From IMG/VR virus record IMGVR_UViG_2654587728_000001: a stretch of DNA of 7,369 bases. One strand, written 5' to 3'. The position numbers and the translations under genes were made by a program. Source of the stretch: a virus (Monodnaviria; Loebvirae; Hofneiviricota; Faserviricetes; Tubulavirales; Inoviridae). Shown in pieces: positions 1-7,369 of this stretch; position 1 is the first letter of the stretch; each line of letters opens with the position of its first letter. Under the pieces are notes generated by a model. The model was given only the letters and a program-made list of their open reading frames with translations, was not told the origin of the DNA and did not search any database.

Positions 1-154
1 ATGAACACGCGGCATTTAACCATCGTAAATGGTGTGGGTATGAACAAAGTAACCGACAAACATAACGTCATGCAAGAAGAAGATAGAGGGATAGGTAAGT
101 GTATGATTGATCGTAGTCTGTGGCTGGTTATGAACTAAATGAACGGCGGACTAA

Positions 155-182
155 ATTTAACATAATATACATTATGCGCACT
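155..182 (-). other. dif: dif-like XerC/XerD site-specific recombination site (probable prophage-chromosome attachment junction)
   Basis: Plus strand reads ATTTAACATAATATACATTATGCGCACT. Its reverse complement, AGTGCGCATAA-TGTATA-TTATGTTAAAT, matches the E. coli dif core as I recall it (GGTGCGCATAA-TGTATA-TTATGTTAAAT) at 27 of 28 positions. The single mismatch is the outermost base of the XerC arm, on the phage side (position 182). It lies about 260 bp beyond the 3' end of the secretin gene. Confidence 0.75.
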
Positions 183-425
183 GTTATCAGGACTGATGAA
201 AACCGAAGGCCAGTCATCACCAGAATTGCTGTAACCCATCAATTTCATCAACTGGCCACATCAATGCATGGACGACTCACGCCTTGCGTCGTTCGTCTCG
301 ATAGCTGCCCTTTAAAAGCGGCCTGGCAGGAAGCGCGTTGCGCTGTCTCCTGCTGCTCTGTAATTTCTCCCTGGCTTCGGCGGTCAGGCAGCTGCATCAC
401 ATGAAACATCATCATGCCGCCTTAC

Positions 426-441
426 ATGCCGCGTTGCGGCA

Positions 442-442
<1 letters not shown>
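426..442 (-). other. Perfect 7-bp stem-loop (ATGCCGC-GTT-GCGGCAT) overlapping the secretin stop codon; not followed by a U-run
   Basis: Inverted repeat seen directly. A longer imperfect repeat (ATCATGCCGC at 411..420 against GCGGCATCAT at 436..445) overlaps it. No T-tract on the minus strand, so it is not a canonical intrinsic terminator. Confidence 0.35.
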
Positions 443-2756
<2,314 letters not shown>

Positions 2757-2767
2757 AAATCACCCTC

Positions 2768-3058
<291 letters not shown>

Positions 3059-3072
3059 TCACCACCTGATTA

Positions 3073-4542
<1,470 letters not shown>

Positions 4543-4546
4543 TTCA

Positions 4547-4717
4547 TCACCAGTAAAAACTAAATGGTTTTACAATTCGACGGAAATCCTGATCGGCTTT
4601 TTCAAGGATAACTGAAACAACATATTCTTCAATGGTTGCATTTTTATTGTAAATAATTCTTTCTATCTGCTCGATAGTGTATTCCGGCAATTTAACTTTA
4701 AATTCTTGAGTAGACAT
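4547..4717 (-). CDS. Hypothetical 56-aa hydrophilic protein between the gVIII terminator and gIII
   Basis: ATG at 4717..4715 preceded by GTGAGG RBS. Own translation: MSTQEFKVKLPEYTIEQIERIIYNKNATIEEYVVSVILEKADQDFRRIVKPFSFYW. Its TGA stop sits 2 nt before the gIII ATG. No hydrophobic segment, so it is not a coat protein. Not in the supplied ORF track (too short). Confidence 0.5.
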   Translation of the reverse strand: MSTQEFKVKLPEYTIEQIERIIYNKNATIEEYVVSVILEKADQDFRRIVKPFSFYW

Positions 4718-4809
4718 AAAACCTCACAAATTAGATTTAAACCCAATGACGCAACATAACCCACAAAGGGAACCAAACATCATAAAAATAAAATCAAACA
4801 TAAATATCC

Positions 4810-4834
4810 AAAAAAAGGGCGGAATATCCGCCCT
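4810..4834 (-). terminator. Rho-independent terminator immediately downstream of the major coat protein gene
   Basis: On the minus strand: GGGCGG-atatt-CCGCCC stem-loop followed by 7 T, starting about 18 nt after the pVIII stop. A strong terminator after gVIII is characteristic of Ff phages. Confidence 0.75.
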
Positions 4835-4851
4835 TCCTCATAAAAAACAAC

Positions 4852-5100
4852 TCAGATACTTCTGATGGCTCCCCATACTTTACGAACGCCAGCAAAAGTC
4901 AGATAAACTGTAACTCCTGCAACACCGATAGAAAGAATAACAGCAGAAACAGAAGACATATCAATGCTGTTAGTCAATGATGAAAAATCGACTGTACCAG
5001 CAAAAGACGGAGATACAGCAAGAGCAGAAGCAGCGGAAAAAGATAAAGCTGCAACTTTCTTATCAACACCCTTAAAAAAATTGGTCATTTTTGCAAACAT
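4852..5100 (-). CDS. gVIII: Major coat protein pVIII-like precursor
   Basis: 82-aa product MFAKMTNFFKGVDKKVAALSFSAASALAVSPSFA / GTVDFSSLTNSIDMSSVSAVILSIGVAGVTVYLTFAGVRKVWGAIRSI: signal peptide, acidic N-terminus, hydrophobic core and basic C-terminus. ATG at 5100 is preceded by AAGAAGG RBS. The ORF track's longer 102-aa version begins at a TTG and overlaps the upstream gene. Confidence 0.82.
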   Translation of the reverse strand: MFAKMTNFFKGVDKKVAALSFSAASALAVSPSFAGTVDFSSLTNSIDMSSVSAVILSIGVAGVTVYLTFAGVRKVWGAIRSI

Positions 5101-5102
5101 AA

Positions 5103-5276
5103 TTAAAGCCTTCTTATTAAACTCCAAATTGTGGAAATAATCATGCCAAGAAAAAAACAAAATACTGGCAGTGAAAATCCCGTTAAAAACGCCGAGGAAT
5201 AAATCCCCGACACATCAGGTATCCCCACGCAAATAGCATTAATTTGCGTGGAAACTGAATCCGAATTAACAGACAT
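5103..5276 (-). CDS. Small hydrophobic protein, candidate minor coat protein (gVII/gIX-like)
   Basis: Own translation: MSVNSDSVSTQINAICVGIPDVSGIYSSAFLTGFSLPVFCFFLGMIISTIWSLIRRL (57 aa). Hydrophobic C-terminal half. Lies between the gV-position gene and gVIII, where gVII/gIX sit in Ff. Its stop is 2 nt before the pVIII ATG. Not in the supplied ORF track. Confidence 0.5.
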   Translation of the reverse strand: MSVNSDSVSTQINAICVGIPDVSGIYSSAFLTGFSLPVFCFFLGMIISTIWSLIRRL

Positions 5277-5280
5277 AAAA

Positions 5281-7156
<1,876 letters not shown>

Positions 7157-7369
7157 ATGAAAAAAGAAACAAAGCGCGGAGACACAACCGTAAGGATTAA
7201 CGAAAACAGAAAACTGGAGCTAAAACGAAGAGTGCTGGAAATCGGTAATAAAACAGGTGAGCTACTAAAACCATCAGAGATAGTAAACCACTTAATAGAC
7301 AACTACTTAGATGATGCGGTGAAAGATCTAATAAGCAAAGAAGAACTTAAGAAAAAAAAGGCAATGTGA
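7157..7369 (+). CDS. Small basic putative transcriptional regulator (possible ribbon-helix-helix fold), divergent from the Rep operon
   Basis: 70-aa ORF MKKETKRGDTTVRINENRKLELKRRVLEIGNKTGELLKPSEIVNHLIDNYLDD... The pattern is compatible with a beta-strand followed by two helices. AGAGGT RBS 7 nt upstream. Placement mirrors rstR relative to rstA in CTX-type phages. Confidence 0.45.
   Translation: MKKETKRGDTTVRINENRKLELKRRVLEIGNKTGELLKPSEIVNHLIDNYLDDAVKDLISKEELKKKKAM

Noticed and set aside
120-404. Plus-strand 94-aa ORF
   Set aside because: It spans the dif-like site and the non-coding arm, has no RBS, and has a Cys/Arg-rich composition typical of a random frame.

Overview
The window reads as a nearly complete filamentous (Inovirus, Ff-like) prophage lying next to a dif-like XerC/XerD recombination site, with no integrase gene visible. 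All phage structural genes are on the minus strand in a tightly packed, translationally coupled operon. In transcription order (7019 down to 442) they are: a small acidic ORF, a rolling-circle replication initiator, a gV-position protein, a small hydrophobic gVII/gIX-like protein, the major coat protein pVIII, an intrinsic terminator, a 56-aa hydrophilic ORF, the adsorption protein pIII with a Gly/Thr/Ser linker, pVI, the Zot-like assembly ATPase pI and the secretin pIV. A small regulator (7157..7369, + strand) is transcribed divergently from the replication operon across a 137-bp region carrying repeated CGCATGCGC palindromes, an rstR/rstA-like arrangement. At 155..182 there is a 27/28 match to the reverse complement of the E. 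coli dif site as I recall it, which suggests Xer-mediated integration at dif (an IMEX-type element) in an enterobacterial host. The most unusual items are three small ORFs with no obvious counterpart in the canonical Ff gene set, a divergent Ala/Ser-rich N-terminal region in pIII, and the dif junction itself. All calls rest on reading the sequence and ORF translations by eye; no database search was run.
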